Below, piece by piece: positions 12,801-25,944 of a DNA stretch of 64,000 nt (position 1 is the first letter of the stretch; every line of letters starts with the position of its first letter). The notes beneath the pieces are model-generated. The model saw nothing but the letters and a program-made list of their open reading frames with translations. It was not told the origin of the DNA and did not search any database. A program made the position numbers and the translations under genes. The stretch lies in the NCBI GenBank assembly GCA_043228905.1, contig JBHGNT010000017.1, forward strand, positions 6,076,001 through 6,140,000, read 5' to 3'. The stretch comes from Azolla caroliniana (Eukaryota; Plantae; Polypodiophyta).

Positions 12801-13755
12801 TTGCTATCGAACTTTCGGATCTCAACTCTTATTGAAGCCATATTCCTTTTTGGAAGTAAGATTTAAGTGACCTGGTCTTTTCTTTCAGCTATGGAGTTTC
12901 CTCTTCTCGACTTTTCTGCTATTTGTCACCGCCGAACAATAGGTTGCTTTGATACCAGTTGATGGAATGAACATGCAGAAGTAAGTGACGACCTGTAAGT
13001 ATATGCACAACAAACGACACAAATACGTAGGGAGAAGAAGAAGGTAGACATGTGTAGTTCATGTTTTAATGGAAGCTCTCGTTATTTCTGTTCTCTCTGT
13101 AAAGAATCGGATATGATTCTTGTGTAGCAGAAAGATGTATGTTATGTGAGTGTGTGTGAGAGAGAGTGTGAGAGAGATAAGGAGTGAAACACAGAGAATA
13201 CGCAAGGTTAAGTATATTAACAAAGGAGAAAGACTCAACTAAATACAAGGTAGGAGGAGGGTGCTTTATATAGTCACCCTCTCTCTTCATTAACTACAAG
13301 GCTCATGGAGCATGGGGAATGTGAAAGCTCATAAGTTATGTGTCATAGAATATGATTCTATGACTCATACTAAATGCTAGAACCAAAGAGGTGACATAAT
13401 GGTGACTCTTGACCGTTGGAGTGTCTATTCACTCTCAATGTGAGTTCACACACTAGACCAAGTTGAGCTTGATTCTCAACACGCCCCCTCAAGCTCAAGT
13501 CGGGTCGGTTTCAGACGGTATCCGAAATCCGCTTTGACTTGCGTTCTGGAGTCCACATCGACTCGTGTCGACTCGCTTTATGTGGAGTTGTGGAATTTGT
13601 GCTCTAGCTTGTGTTCTGCGTAGTTGCGAAGTCTGTGCTTTGGCTTGCATCTTTCTTCGCGGCTTTGCATGGTAGACGGCTCTTCGCGGCTTCGTTGCGT
13701 GGTTGCGTACTCTACGCGTTGTTGCATAGTGTGCGCGGCTTGCGGAATCCACACG

Positions 13756-16700
13756 TTATTGCATAATTTCTTCAGTACTCCCCCTCAAGCTTGGCAGGTC
13801 AGGGATCGTCAATCCGAGATCGGTCATGAATTGCCACAGCTTGTCGGCTCCTAAGGCTTTAGTGAAGATCTTGGCCGTTTGAAGATTTGTGCTAATGTGT
13901 TGTAGGTCGACATCGCCAGCTAGAACGCGCTCTTGGATGAAGTGATAGTGCACTTTGATGTGCTTTGTCCGCACGTGGAACACCGAGTTTCGAGCCAGAT
14001 AGATACTGCTCATGTTGTCGTAGTAAAGGGCATTCAGATCCTTGATGGGTACGCCGAGATCCTTCAAAATCCTCTTGAGCCATACGACTTCACATGCAGC
14101 TACGGCTGCGCCCCTGTATTCTGCCTCCATACTCGAAAGAGCGATGTTAGGCTGCTTCTTGCTACTTCAGGATATTGCTCCGCTGTCGAGGGAGAAAGAA
14201 AATCTGGAGGTTGATCTTCTATCGGCTTTGTAGCCGGCCCAATCGGCGTCTGTGTACCCCTCCAGGCGTATTGGCATCGCGGTCTTGTAGAGGATGCCGC
14301 AATCCATTGTGCCGCTCACGTACCGTAGAACTCGCTTAGCGCAATCCAAGTGAGTATCACGCGGTGTTTGCATGAATTGACTAAAGAGACCGACCGGATA
14401 ACTGAGATCGGGTCAAGTGATTGTGAGGTAGATGAGACTCCCGATGAGTTGCCGATACTGAGTCGACTCACACGCTTTGGTGCCGGAGTTCACATCTAGT
14501 TTGAAATTACGATCGAGTGGGGTTGCCACGCACATGCACTTAGCCATACCAAACTTGTATAACAAGTTGAGATTGTAGTGCCGTTGAGAAATCATGATTC
14601 TGGCCGGAGTCCGAATTACCTCAATGCTGAGGAAGTATTGGAGTTCCTTCATGTCCGTCATCGCAAACTTGTCGGAAAGGAGGGATTTGACCTTATTGAT
14701 TTCGATGAGATGCTCACCTCCAATGACTAGGTCAGCCACATATAAGATGATGACGATCGGACTTGTGGAATTGCTTCGTATGTAGAGGGAGTTGTCCGAT
14801 TTTGACATACGGAAGCTGATTTGATGAAGATATTGCGTTATCTTCGAATGCCAAGCATGTGGTGCTTGCTTGAGGCCGTAGAGAGGCTTCTTGAGTCGGC
14901 ATAAAACTTTCGGATGGATGCTCGAGTTGAAGCCAGGTGGTTGGAGCATGTACACCTCCTCTTCTAATTCACCTTGCAGAAAGGCGTTCTTGACATCCAT
15001 TTGATGGAGGTGCCACCATTTCGCTGCAGTAAGCACAATTACGTTCCGCACCGTCGTCATCTTTGCCATCGGGGCAAAGGTCTCTTCGTAGTCGACGCCA
15101 TGCGTTTGAGTGTATCCTTTCGCTACAAGTCGAGCTTTGTAGCGGTTTACGGAGCCATCAATGTTATACTTCACCTTGTAGATCCATCTGCATCCGATCG
15201 CCTTTTTGTGTGGTGAGGTGGTAATGAGATCCTATGTCTTGTTCTTCCATAGTGCCTGCATCTCCTCGTTCATTGCTTCGATCCATCACAGGTCCTTCGC
15301 GGCTTCCGAAAAGATTTCCGGCTCCCATACTGTCGCTACCTTCATCATAAAGGCGTAATGGTACGCCATATAATCGTTGTAGCCGAATCGGCTTACGAGG
15401 TTCTTTTCACGGGTGGATCGGCGGAGCTTTTCATTTGAAAATATGAGGGCTTTCTTAGCTCCTATTGGTACCTCGACGCCGCCGAACTCACGGTCGAGTG
15501 AGTTAGTCAACTCATCGTCGGCGGAGCGATTGTCTTCGTATTTTGACATTTTCGCCTTGCCTTTGTCCATCTTCGGGCTAGGCCATGATGTGCTTTGATC
15601 GCTCAAAGGCTGTTGTGGTCCGCTCAGTCAGGTCGTGATCGGACTTTCTTCGAACATGCGCGTAAGACGATCTTCATCCTGTATCTCTTGTTCAGTGGAT
15701 TCCAAGTCGAGCGGAGTTGTAGTCGGAGTTGTCTCTGGTGCATACCAGTATGCGGACTCGTCGAAAACGATGTCTCGACTTACTCGAGATTTTCGAGTTG
15801 AGGGGTTGTAGCACTTGTACCCCTTTTGCTCCAGTGAGTATCCTACGAGGATACATTTCTCCGAATTTGGGTCAAGCTTTTGACGCTTCTCATCGGGGAT
15901 GTGCACGTATGCAATGGAGCCAAATATCCGAACATGCGATAAGTCCAACTTCTTTCCAAAGTATTTTTCGTGCGGAGTGACCTCGTGTGCGCCGGATGTT
16001 GTGCACCGGTTCATTAGGTAGATGGCCGTATTGGCAGCTTCGGCCCAATAAGACTTGGGCATATGCTTCTCATTCATCATGGCCCGCGCTACTTCGAGGA
16101 TGTGCCGATTTTTGTGCTCGGCTACTCCGTTTTGTTGCGGAGTGTGTTGGCAAGTGAATTCTCGCCGAATTCCTTCCTTTCGGAGATACGCCGTGAAATT
16201 GTCCGAGAAGTACTCCTTGCCGCCATTCGATCGAAGACAACGTACATGTTGGCCCGTGGCTTTCTAGACTTCATTCTTGAATGTTTGGAAGTGTTCGAAC
16301 ACTTCGCTCTTTTGCCGCATCGGGTAGATCCAAGTGTGCCTGGAGAAGTCGTCGATGAAGAGCACGTAATATCGGCATCCGTCGAATGTAGCCATCTGCG
16401 CCGGTCCCCATACGTCGGAATGGATTACGTCAAGTAATTGCTCACGTTCCTCTCTTTCGCGAATGGGTGCCGGTGTTGCTTGCTGAATTGGCATGCTTCG
16501 CATACACCTTCAATCTCCTTCTCTTTGAATGTCGGGAGTCCGATGATGACTCCTTTCGATTTCATTGCCTTGAGTTTGTTGAGATTGATGTGGCCGATTC
16601 TCTTGTGCCATAGCTCTATGTCGGAGTCGGCTTTCGTGCTTTTCGCGAACATGGTGGATTTCATCTCGCGTGAATCGAGAATGAACATCCGGCCCTCTCT

Positions 16701-18791
16701 TCTTCCGCGTGCGATGATTTGGCCTTCTTTTTCGATGAAGCACCCTTCTTGGTCGAATCGTACATGCATCCCTTGCTCAACCATTTGGCCGACCGAGATC
16801 AAATTCTTCATGATAGTGGGAACATGCAAGACATTTTTAATGTATGTTTGCTTACCTCTTTCGCCGAACTGAACATTGCCGATGTGCCGAATCGGGTGTG
16901 TAGTGTCATCTCTAGTTTCGACATAACCGGGTCGCTCCGGCTCTCGAAGTTCAAGAGACCATTCTTTGTGGGATGTCATATTGTTTGAGGCTCCGGCGTC
17001 AACAAACCATACGTCCTCCGGATTGAGGGCACGAATTGAGGTAGAGGCCGACATAGAGTTTGCTCTATGTTTCATCATGAACATTCCGCCACGGTCAGAG
17101 TTGCGTGCATACATTCCGCCATGATCTTCGTAGTTGGAGTTGTACCCGTACATTCCGCTATACTCTTCGTAGTCGGAATTGTGCGCGTAATTCGTGAATT
17201 GTTGGCTTGTGGAAGCCGATTCACGCATCTTCTTTCGGCACTCTTCTTCGTGGTGGCCGAGCTTTCCGCAATATCCGCATTCGGTTGCATTTTGACTGCT
17301 CGGGCCGAAGTGGAAGCTCCCCCTTCTTGCGAAGGTTCCTCGTTGGCTTGCGTTTTGTGGCTGAAATTGGGAGTTGTTATTGTAGGTCGGACCTCGTCCG
17401 CCTTGTCCTTGGCCGACTCGGCCTCTCGACCGTCCGCGTCCTCTTCCTCCGTTCGAATGCGTGTAGAGCATGTGGCCTTCCAACTCATTGCTCCTTGTAC
17501 GCACATGATTTTCTTCGACCAATAGCATTGATTGGAGTTCGAAGAAGGAGGGAGATTTTTCTCGTGCTAGAACGGCGGTTAGCATCGCGCCGAACCGTGG
17601 TGCGAGGCTGCCAAGGCATATTTGAACCATCTCATCATCATCAATATTTACGCTTATTGAGCTGACCGAATCGCAAAGCTCCTTGATCTTCGAGGTGTAT
17701 GTCATGATGGACATGTCCCTTTGTTGAATGTTGTTCAACTCTTGGCGGAGTTGAAGCCTTCTTGCGGTTTTGTTCGCCGCGAAAATCTTTCGTAGATTTT
17801 CCCATGCCTCCTTCGGCGTCTTGGCTCCGCGAATGTAGCCGAGCATGTGGTCGTGAACACATATCACCAAACAATACATCACGTGGCTTGTGGCTTGCTC
17901 CCATGTCGCGTATCCGGGAGCCGCTTTGGCGGGTCGGTCTTCATGCGCTCCTTTGATGTAGCTCCAATAGCCTTGTCCGACAAGGTAGTGGTGCATCTTG
18001 TTGGGAGACAGGTCCCTCCGAATGGGAAGGGAGAAGAACAGTGCTGATGAGCAAACTAGATGACGAGTACCCGGCTACGGAGAGCCGGATGGTGCAGACT
18101 CGGTGAGAACCGGATGAGGAGAACCCGACTATGGAGAGCCGGATGGTGCAGACCTGGTGAGAACCGGATGAGGAGTTCCTGGAAACGGAAGACCCGATGA
18201 GAAGTGGATGACGAGTACCCGGCAAGCGCCGGATGATGTAGGCTAGGTGAGGAGTGCTCACCGGATGAAGAGACATATTCGTAAATATGTTTCTGAGAGT
18301 CCATCGAGGCTATATTTGTAAATAGCCGAAAAGTCATATTAGTATAAATATGACTTAGGGCAAACTTATTGAGTAGTTGTTGTCATTCTTGTTTGCGCAA
18401 GATTAGAGTGCGTAACAGTGTACAGAGAGAGTGAGAGAGAGAAAGAGGTCGTTGCCTCTGTTGTAACCGCCGCCTGTGGCGAAGATAGCAAGCTCGAGGT
18501 CGTGGCCTTGGGGCTTTCCTATTGTACATTCTGATATAGTGATAGTTTGCGGTCTGTGGGCTGCCGTGGTTTTTCCCGAGTTTGGGTTTTCCACGTAAAC
18601 ATCCTGTGTACTCTTCTCTTCACTGTGTCGTGCATTCATTCCCGTTTTCTGTGTATCATTCTAAGGTCGGTTGTGCCCGAGCATTGTGCATAAGGAACGT
18701 GTAGTTCCTGTCACATCTTGTACTCCCAAGATGCGAAGTTTTTTCGATCCAACTTCTCGGTAGGGAGAGCGCTCCCCATTTGAGTATTCAT
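13756..18791 (-). pseudogene. gag-pol: Copia gag-pol (gag, zinc knuckle, protease, integrase, RT, RNase H), disrupted
   Basis: CGYCGKLGHHEEEC, WFVDAGASNNM, WHKRIGH, HSDVWGP, KARLVAKG, MDVKNAFLQG, GYTDADWAG, TKHIKVHYHF. Several frameshifts and a solo-LTR insertion in gag. Confidence 0.95.
17999..18713 (+). mobile_element. Solo LTR (copia-type) inserted in B1 gag
   Basis: TG...CA ends, TSD CATCT/CATCT, absent from sister element B2. U5-type motif ccgtggtttttccc...gggttttccacgtaaa. ~50-bp tandem repeats at 18060-18270. Confidence 0.9.
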
Positions 18792-19251
18792 TATGTTGAT
18801 TCTTCTTCTTCTTCTTCTCTCTTCGAATGTGAGCTATGTAGTGAAGCTACGATAGCGATGAGCCGGTTCTTGGTCGTCGGCGTGGAGCACAACACACGAT
18901 CACGATGAGGCGAATGGGTTAAATCGAGCTACCAAATCGCTCTGATACCATGTAAAGAATTGGATATGATTCTTGTGTAGCGGAAATATGTATGTTATGT
19001 GAGTGTGTGTGAGAGAGAGTGTGAGAGAGACAAGGAGTGAAACATAGAGAATACGCAAGGTTAAGTATATTAACAACGGAGAAAGACTCAACTAAATACA
19101 AGGTGGGAGGAGGGTGCTTTATATAGTCACCCTCTCTCTTCATTAACTACAAGGCTCATGGAGCATGGGGAATGTGAAAGCTCATAAGTTATGTGTCATA
19201 GAATATGATTCTATGACTCATACTAAATGCTAGAATACAAAGAGGTGACTT

Positions 19252-19291
<40 letters not shown>

Positions 19292-19760
19292 ATTAACAAA
19301 GGAGAAAGACTCAACTACATTACAAGGTGAGAGGAGGGTGCTTTATATAGTCACCCTCTCTCTTCATTAACTACAAGACTCATGGAGCATGGGGAATGTG
19401 AAAGCTCATAAGTTATGTGTCATAGAATATGATTCTATGACTCATACTAAATGCTAGAATACAAAGAGGTGACATAATGGTGACTCTTGACCGTTGGAGT
19501 GTCTATTCTCTCTCTAGGTGAGTTCACACACTAGACCAAGTTGAGCTTGATTCTCAACACTCTCTCTCTTAGAGACATAAGATACAAGAATCATCAAGAG
19601 GAGCGATTACAACATTAGGTTAGAGTTTATATTCTAAACCCTAACTACTTGGACGTGTTCACACTAAGATATAAATTGGAAGGAGGCGGCTTTTTATGCC
19701 AACAGAGAGTTACCCTCCACACCGATACCAGAGACTTCGGTAGTCTGACCCGTGTGCCGG

Positions 19761-22700
19761 TGTCGCGAAGTTTCGCGGGTACATGTAGAATTCCAGGCGG
19801 GACCACGGGGGCCTTGGACTAGGGAGTGATGGAGCATAGGAAGTCATGCTTCACCATTTCCGGGGCATCCCAGAAGCACACCGGAAGCAACCGAAGGGAG
19901 AAAGAGAGAGAGAGAACATGCACGCAACATTGACTCACACACACACGCACACGCACCACGCCGACCCAGCTCACGCCGTTATGTACAAAAACAGAGGTAA
20001 GAGAACACCAAAAACACCCACCCAGGCACCGGTACGTAGAACCCTCCACACATATATTACAAGAATAAGATATAATACTGGCATCGAGCCCGACCTAAGT
20101 AGCTCAGGTTGCAACAGTCGTCTACTGCCAAGCCACCGGTCGGGGAGCTCTCGGGCTCGTCGCGCTGAGCGGGGTCTTGCACAGAGGATGGGGCAGAAAA
20201 CAGATCTCTAGATGTCCCGGCTCGATACACAGAACGACGAAGAGGAAGAGAAAGAGAAAGAGATGACGTCTCTTAATCCAACGGTATACCCTAAGAATAC
20301 AAAAAAGGGCAACCACCTCACAAGAGGCGCTCCCTTCCTTTTATAGAACAAAGAGGGAGATGCGCTACAATGTGGGATAAATCCCGACTTACATGGGATT
20401 CTCTGTCCTGACTTGACTCCTACTATTCACACTAAATGTACAAGGGTGACCGCACATGCTGCACCCTGTCGATGTAGCCAATATTTCCTGGTTTCTGCCT
20501 CTGGCCGAAATTCTTCACGACATCCGCCCCCACCAAATTGCACGTCCATCGGTATGTGCCAAATCCGGTGAAGGGTGAGAGATTTCGGCTGGTGAGAAAC
20601 CGGACTTCCGTAATCCGCATCCCGGCTTGTTGCCGGTTTGAATCGTCAGCTTCAGTTCTTCCTTCGCGCTTACCTCCCCGTAGGCTCGTTCGACCTATCA
20701 ATGGGTCCTTCGCCGCGATCTCCGTAGTAAGCGTACTGCCGCTAGCCCTTGTTCGGCTATATACACGCTCCGCTCTCTGCCGTATGCCCGATGTCCTCCG
20801 CTTGAGGAACGCCCGTAGTGGCCCGCTTGGCCTCCGTCGACCATTAGTGTTGTCCTGACTGCCGTCCCATGTTGTTTCCCATCGTCTTCTTCCTCTCGCT
20901 GTCACCTTCCTTCTCCATGGTCTTACGTCGCCATGTCGGCTCGAACCGCTAAGGTCTCCAAGACGGTGTGGAGGATCCTTCTCTGGCCTTCTGCGCGCTA
21001 CCTTCGAACCATGCAACCCATCCCCGCTCCCCTTTCCACTCCGGCACCTCCGTGTGCCGCGTATCCTCGTCTGATGCTTGGCACCGCCTGTGCCGCTGTC
21101 GTGAAGATTTCCGGCTATAGTGTGAAACCGGGGTGGAATGGGCAAATCGGTGGTGTGCGACATGTGCATGTGTATACTAGGAAATGGTGTGTAGAAAGAA
21201 GAGGGGAATTTTATCCCACATTGTAACGTCCCTCCCTCCTTGGGCTAAAAAAGGAAGGGAGCGGTCACTTATGAAGGGGTTGCCTATTTTGAGGGAGAGA
21301 GGCATACCACTTACTGTAGAGTTCTTAGCGTTTAGGGTTAGGGTTTCGTTTAGGGTCTCCTTGTTCATCCCCGGTTAGGGTTTTCTTCTAGGGTTTTTTT
21401 TTTTCATAGTCATTTGGTGCGGCCATGGTGGCCACCATTGTTGTAATCATTCGCTTGTTTTTAATATATTTGGTTGAGTATCTTACCTCCGCCGGTCTCT
21501 CCTCCTATGTCATGATCTTATTCTTTCTTCTTCTCCTCTTGAGCTAATCTTCCAAACATATCTTCTTCTTTCTCCTCTACTCCCTAGTCCGAGGCCCCCG
21601 TGGTCTCGCCCCTTCTACACACACGCGCGTAACTTCGCGACACCGCGTATTCGGTTATTTGCACGCATCGTCGGCCCTTGCCCAGCCAGATCGTGCACTG
21701 CCACTCATCCGCATACCGGTGTCCTCCGCATCCGAGGAACACTCGTAGTAGCCCACTTGGCCCCTTCTGTCTTGCGCTGCTACAACCGTCCGGAGCCTTC
21801 TGCTTGCCGTCATCCCCTTGCCCCCACCAACTTGTCATCTCGGCTTGTTGCATTTTGTTACTCTGACTAAGCTGCTAAGATCTATGAAGCGAGTGTGGAG
21901 GATCCTCCTCCGGCCTCTCTTGTCATCCCCTGATTCCGACCCTGTGCAGTCCACTATGCACCCGTCACCTCGTTCCCTGCACCTCCCTTGTGCCGTCTTT
22001 CGCTTCCTTTGTTCGGCACCGTCCACGCTGAACATCGTCCCGTAATCACACTTCGATCCGGCCCATGATGGCCACTTGCGAGACTCTTGTTCCGTCCCAG
22101 GTGTGCCTTTCTGGCCTAACACACCTCCCCGTGTTTACCCCTACCGGCTCCTTCCGAAACCATAGCCGGCCGGTAAGGGTTTTGCACTTCGTCCGCCCCC
22201 GTCTTACCGACTCCCGATCCGCTATCTCGTGTCGCTGGGTCCCTTTTCCCGCCGCCACCAACCTTCTCTCTCGGTCTCATGTTGCCACGTTGGCCGAATT
22301 GCCGGAGTCTCCGGATCGGTGTGAGGGTGCCATAGGACCGGACTCCGTTTCTCTGCTTGCCGAAATTCGGGTGTCTTTTGTTTGAGTCTCTCCCGGACTC
22401 TCCTCATGTCTTCCGTGTAGTCAGGTTCCATTTTCCCGCCGCCACCTCGCCGGCCTAATACATTCCTTCTCTGCTTTCCGTCATTCGATCACGTTCACCT
22501 TCTGCCACCGATCTCTCCTATAGGACTCACGCCGACACTCAGGCCGAAAGCCGGATCGGTGTGAGGATCTTCGTGGGACCTCGATTTGCCCGCCTTGCCG
22601 CCACCACCACACGTCGCTCTAGGTCTCACGCCGGCACTCAGGCCGACCGCCGGAGCCTCTAGGGCCGGTGTGTGTAAGGTCGCGGTACCACCGCTTGTCT

Positions 22701-24284
22701 CCTCCATCCTCCGCATCAGCCTCTTCGGTTGGTCGCGTTCACCTGCCGCCACCATTCTCTCCTACAGTGCTCATGCCGGCACTCGGGCCGACAGCCGGCT
22801 CGGTGTGAGGATCTTCGCAAACCGCCCATCCGCAGTCCTTTGCCTTCGTCCCCTTGCCGCCACCGATCGCCACTCTAGGTCGCACACCGGCTCTCGGGCC
22901 GACCGCCGGAGTCTCTGGAACCGGTGTGAAGGATCCTGCTTGGGCTCGTCGTATCCTTGACCCTTATCCCGGGTCTTCCTTCTTCTGCAAGCCGAGAGGG
23001 TAGCTCGCTCCACATCCTCTCCCGAGCTCCTCCGAAAGGTTTTGCGTTGCGACGGTAGTGCATAGCCGCTCACCGCCCTCTCTTCTCTGTCGCTTGTGGG
23101 CCACCTTGTTTGCCACCGCTCCCCATCGGGTTGCCGGCATACCCACTCCGGTTTCGCGTATCCGTATGCGTCCAATAGCGCTCCCTCAAAGGACTCCCAT
23201 GACTCGTGGGCTTCCCGGAGCTCCTTGACGTCTTCGTACCTTGCTACGGCCGCCACTCGACAAAAAACTCTAGCCTTGTCGCTTCATCCACGCCCTCCTT
23301 CGTCATCTCGGCATTGTATGGTTCTAAGAATCTCGGGACATTGTCCCCGTTGAACCGGCCGACTCGATCAACCACCCTTTCGACGGCTTCTTGAGCCGCA
23401 TCTCGCTTCGTCATCTTCGGTCCGGCTTCCATCACGATCTTTGCCATCATCTCCTCGATGTCGAAGTCTTCTTCCATCTCCATGCTCCCTTGCCGCCCTT
23501 CACGTCGGGTTCACCAAAGATGTCGCGAAGTTTCGTGGGTACGTGTAGAATTCCAGGTGGGACCACGGGGGTCTTGGACTAGGGAGTGACAGAGCGTAGG
23601 AAGTCGTGCCTCACCATTTCCGGGGCATCCCAGAAACACACCGGAAGCAACCAAAGGGAGAGAGAGAGAGAGAACAGGCACGCAACATTTACTCACACAC
23701 ACACACACACACACACACCACGCCGACCTAGCTCACGCCCTTATGTACAGAAACAGAGGTAAGAGAACACCAAAAACACCCACCCAGACACCGGTACGCA
23801 GAACCCTCCACACATATATTACAAGAATAAGATACAATACTGGCATTGAGCCCGACCTAAGTAGCTCAGGTTGCAACAGTCGTCTACTGCCAAGCCGCTG
23901 GTCGGGGAGCTCTCGGGCTCGTAGCGCCGAGCAGGGTCTTGCACAGAGGATGGGGCAGAAAACAGATCTCTAGATGTCCCAACTCAATACACTGAACGCC
24001 GAAGAGGAAGAGAAAAAGAACAAGATGACGTCTTTTAATGCAACGGTATACCCTAAGAATGCAAAAAAGGGCAACCCCCTCACAAGAGGCGCTCCCTTCC
24101 TTTTATAGAACAAGGAGGGAGATGCGGTACAATGTGGGATAAATCCCGACTTACATGGGATTCTCTGTCCCGACTTGACTCCTACTATTCACACTAAATG
24201 TACAAGGGGGACTGCACATGCTGCACCCCATCGATGTAGCCAATATTTCTCGGTTTCTTCCTCTGGCCAAAATTCTTCACGACA
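19761..24284 (-). mobile_element. Non-autonomous gypsy element, family C (Phygy-like gag, no recognisable pol)
   Basis: LTRs 19761-20522 and 23521-24284 (TGTCG...CGACA), PPT at 20523-20534, TSD CCGG/CCGA. Gag remnant GRFNGDNVPRFLEPYNAEM...SWESFEGALLDAY. Confidence 0.9.
23499..23516 (-). other. Primer-binding site complementary to tRNA-Trp 3' end
   Basis: + strand reads TTCACGTCGGGTTCACCA, matching the plant tRNA-Trp 3' 18 nt (with CCA) as I recall it; 4 nt from the LTR. One-mismatch copy at 37689-37706. Confidence 0.8.
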
Positions 24285-25754
24285 CCGACATGAGACCGAA
24301 GAGGTGGGAGGTGGTAGCAAGGAGATCTGGCATGATGCAAACGAGGATGGAGGAGAAGAACAACCCTTCGCACTTGTACCGGGCACTTCGGCTGTTGAGC
24401 CCGTGCACCAATGTGAGACCAAAGAGAAGGGAGGTGGTGAAGTGGAGACCTTGGACAATGCCAGTGAAGATGGATGGGAGTGGCCTACGAGGAGGCCAAG
24501 GACGGAGCCACAATAGAACAAGATAGAGATGCAAGGGGCAATGTCAAGGGGAGCCGAGTCGGAAGTCGGCCTGACCGGGAGTCGATCCGGTCGACATTCT
24601 GACTCGGGTGGAGCGCGATTCAAACAAGCATCACTCGACTGGGACCGAGCCAGATTTGAGAGCCAAGTTCGGGATGGCTGAGCTGGACAAATGTCAGATT
24701 GACCCGATCGGATGTGGGAGGAGTCGAGACCGGTAGATGCGGAGAAGGGAATGAGTGAGGTCGGTGGCCATGAAGGGAAGGCCCTAGGGGGATCCTCCAC
24801 ACCTGTTCCAGAGACTTCGGAAATCGGGTCAGAGGGATGACATAAAACCGAGGAGAATGAAGGTGGCGGCAAGGGGATGAAGTTCGTAGTAGACGAAGGT
24901 GCTGAATGAAGCGGAAAGAGCGTCACGGTAAACAATGGAGGCCAAGTGGGCCAGACAGACAGTAAGGGTGTTCCTTAGGGCGAAGCAACAATGATAGGGA
25001 CTACGGAGGACATCGAAGCGGAGAATACCGACATGGATGTCGGGGAAGAAGGGTACCCTACTGAAAGGGTATGCAAGGGAGGACGAAACGAGAAGCATGC
25101 AATGTGGCCACTTAAGGGCCGGGAGGCGAGCACGTATCCGGATGAGATCAATGATGGTAGGATGCGATCGAGGAAGGAAGAAAGTCAGCATGCGACGGTG
25201 CCGGATTGAGGAAGCAGGTGGGTCGAAACAAGCACAGACGGGTTGCATAAGGAGTGGTTTTCGACAGGTAGTCGAAGTGGTCGGGGGTCCAAGTGAAGGT
25301 CATGCTCGGAGAACAAAGGGAGCTGGGTCGGGTTTCCACAACATTCAGGATGTCAGCACCGACCAACCAGAAAACGAACAAGGACAAGCACCAAGTTTGG
25401 TGGATCGGGTGGCGCTCGTGGTTCGACAAGCACCGGCACATACGGTGGATCGGATGGATCCGGTGGTTCGGGTGGAGTGGCCGAACAAACTCGAGGTGGA
25501 GAGATAGGTAGGGATCAGCAACAGCTCCATTTAGGCTTAGCTGGTTTGGCCTGATCGAAGCCAAACCGGCTAAGCCTAAACCGCTTTGGGGATCTCAAAC
25601 CTGAACTGAACCGGTTTAGCCTAAACCGGTTTGGAAACCTCCCTCTCCCTCTCTCTCTTAGATGATCCACTACAGATATAGTATACATTGTACAAGCTCT
25701 CCCTCCCACTCTCTCTCTCACGTTTGTGTGGTCTCGACTGTCCCTCCCTCCCTC

Positions 25755-25804
<50 letters not shown>

Positions 25805-25944
25805 ATGAGCATTTTCCTCCGCAACCATCTTTGCCCCACGGTTCCTCAAACGCAAGGTAGATTTTGAAGCCCTAAATCGAGTGAAAGGTACATTCTCCCT
25901 CCTTCCCTCTCTGTCTCTCTCTTCCCGTAGGGTTTGTCCCTACA

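Larger units (their letters stand above)
13098..19559 (-). mobile_element. Full-length degenerate Ty1/copia element B1
   Basis: LTRs 13098-13481 and 18951-19559 (TGT...ACA), TSD CTCTC/CTCTC, iMet PBS gctctgatacca 18939-18950, PPT at 13482-13490. Confidence 0.95.
10601..19704 (-). mobile_element. Internally deleted Ty1/copia element A (Tnt1/Tork-like gag); 5' LTR split by copia B1
   Basis: 3' LTR 10601-10876 with adjacent PPT (aactccccc). 5' LTR 12960-13097 plus 19565-19704. tRNA-iMet PBS gctttgatacca 12946-12957. TSD GAGAG/GAGAG. Retains gag, protease and RT (YVDDML) remnants; integrase deleted at ~11530. Confidence 0.9.

Noticed and set aside
13066-13290. Recurrent ORF MKREGDYIKHPPPTLY (also 18919, 27615, 31875)
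   Set aside because: It is the copia B LTR sequence; lengths and C-termini differ between copies and the ORF spans the TATA box.
16438-17665. Long antisense ORFs over copia gag-pol (also 30733-31191)
   Set aside because: Shadow frames of a GC-balanced coding sequence, with no independent protein features.
21331-21395. Interstitial telomere
   Set aside because: Only a few scattered TAGGG/TTAGGG units inside a retroelement; treated as telo-box-like motifs.
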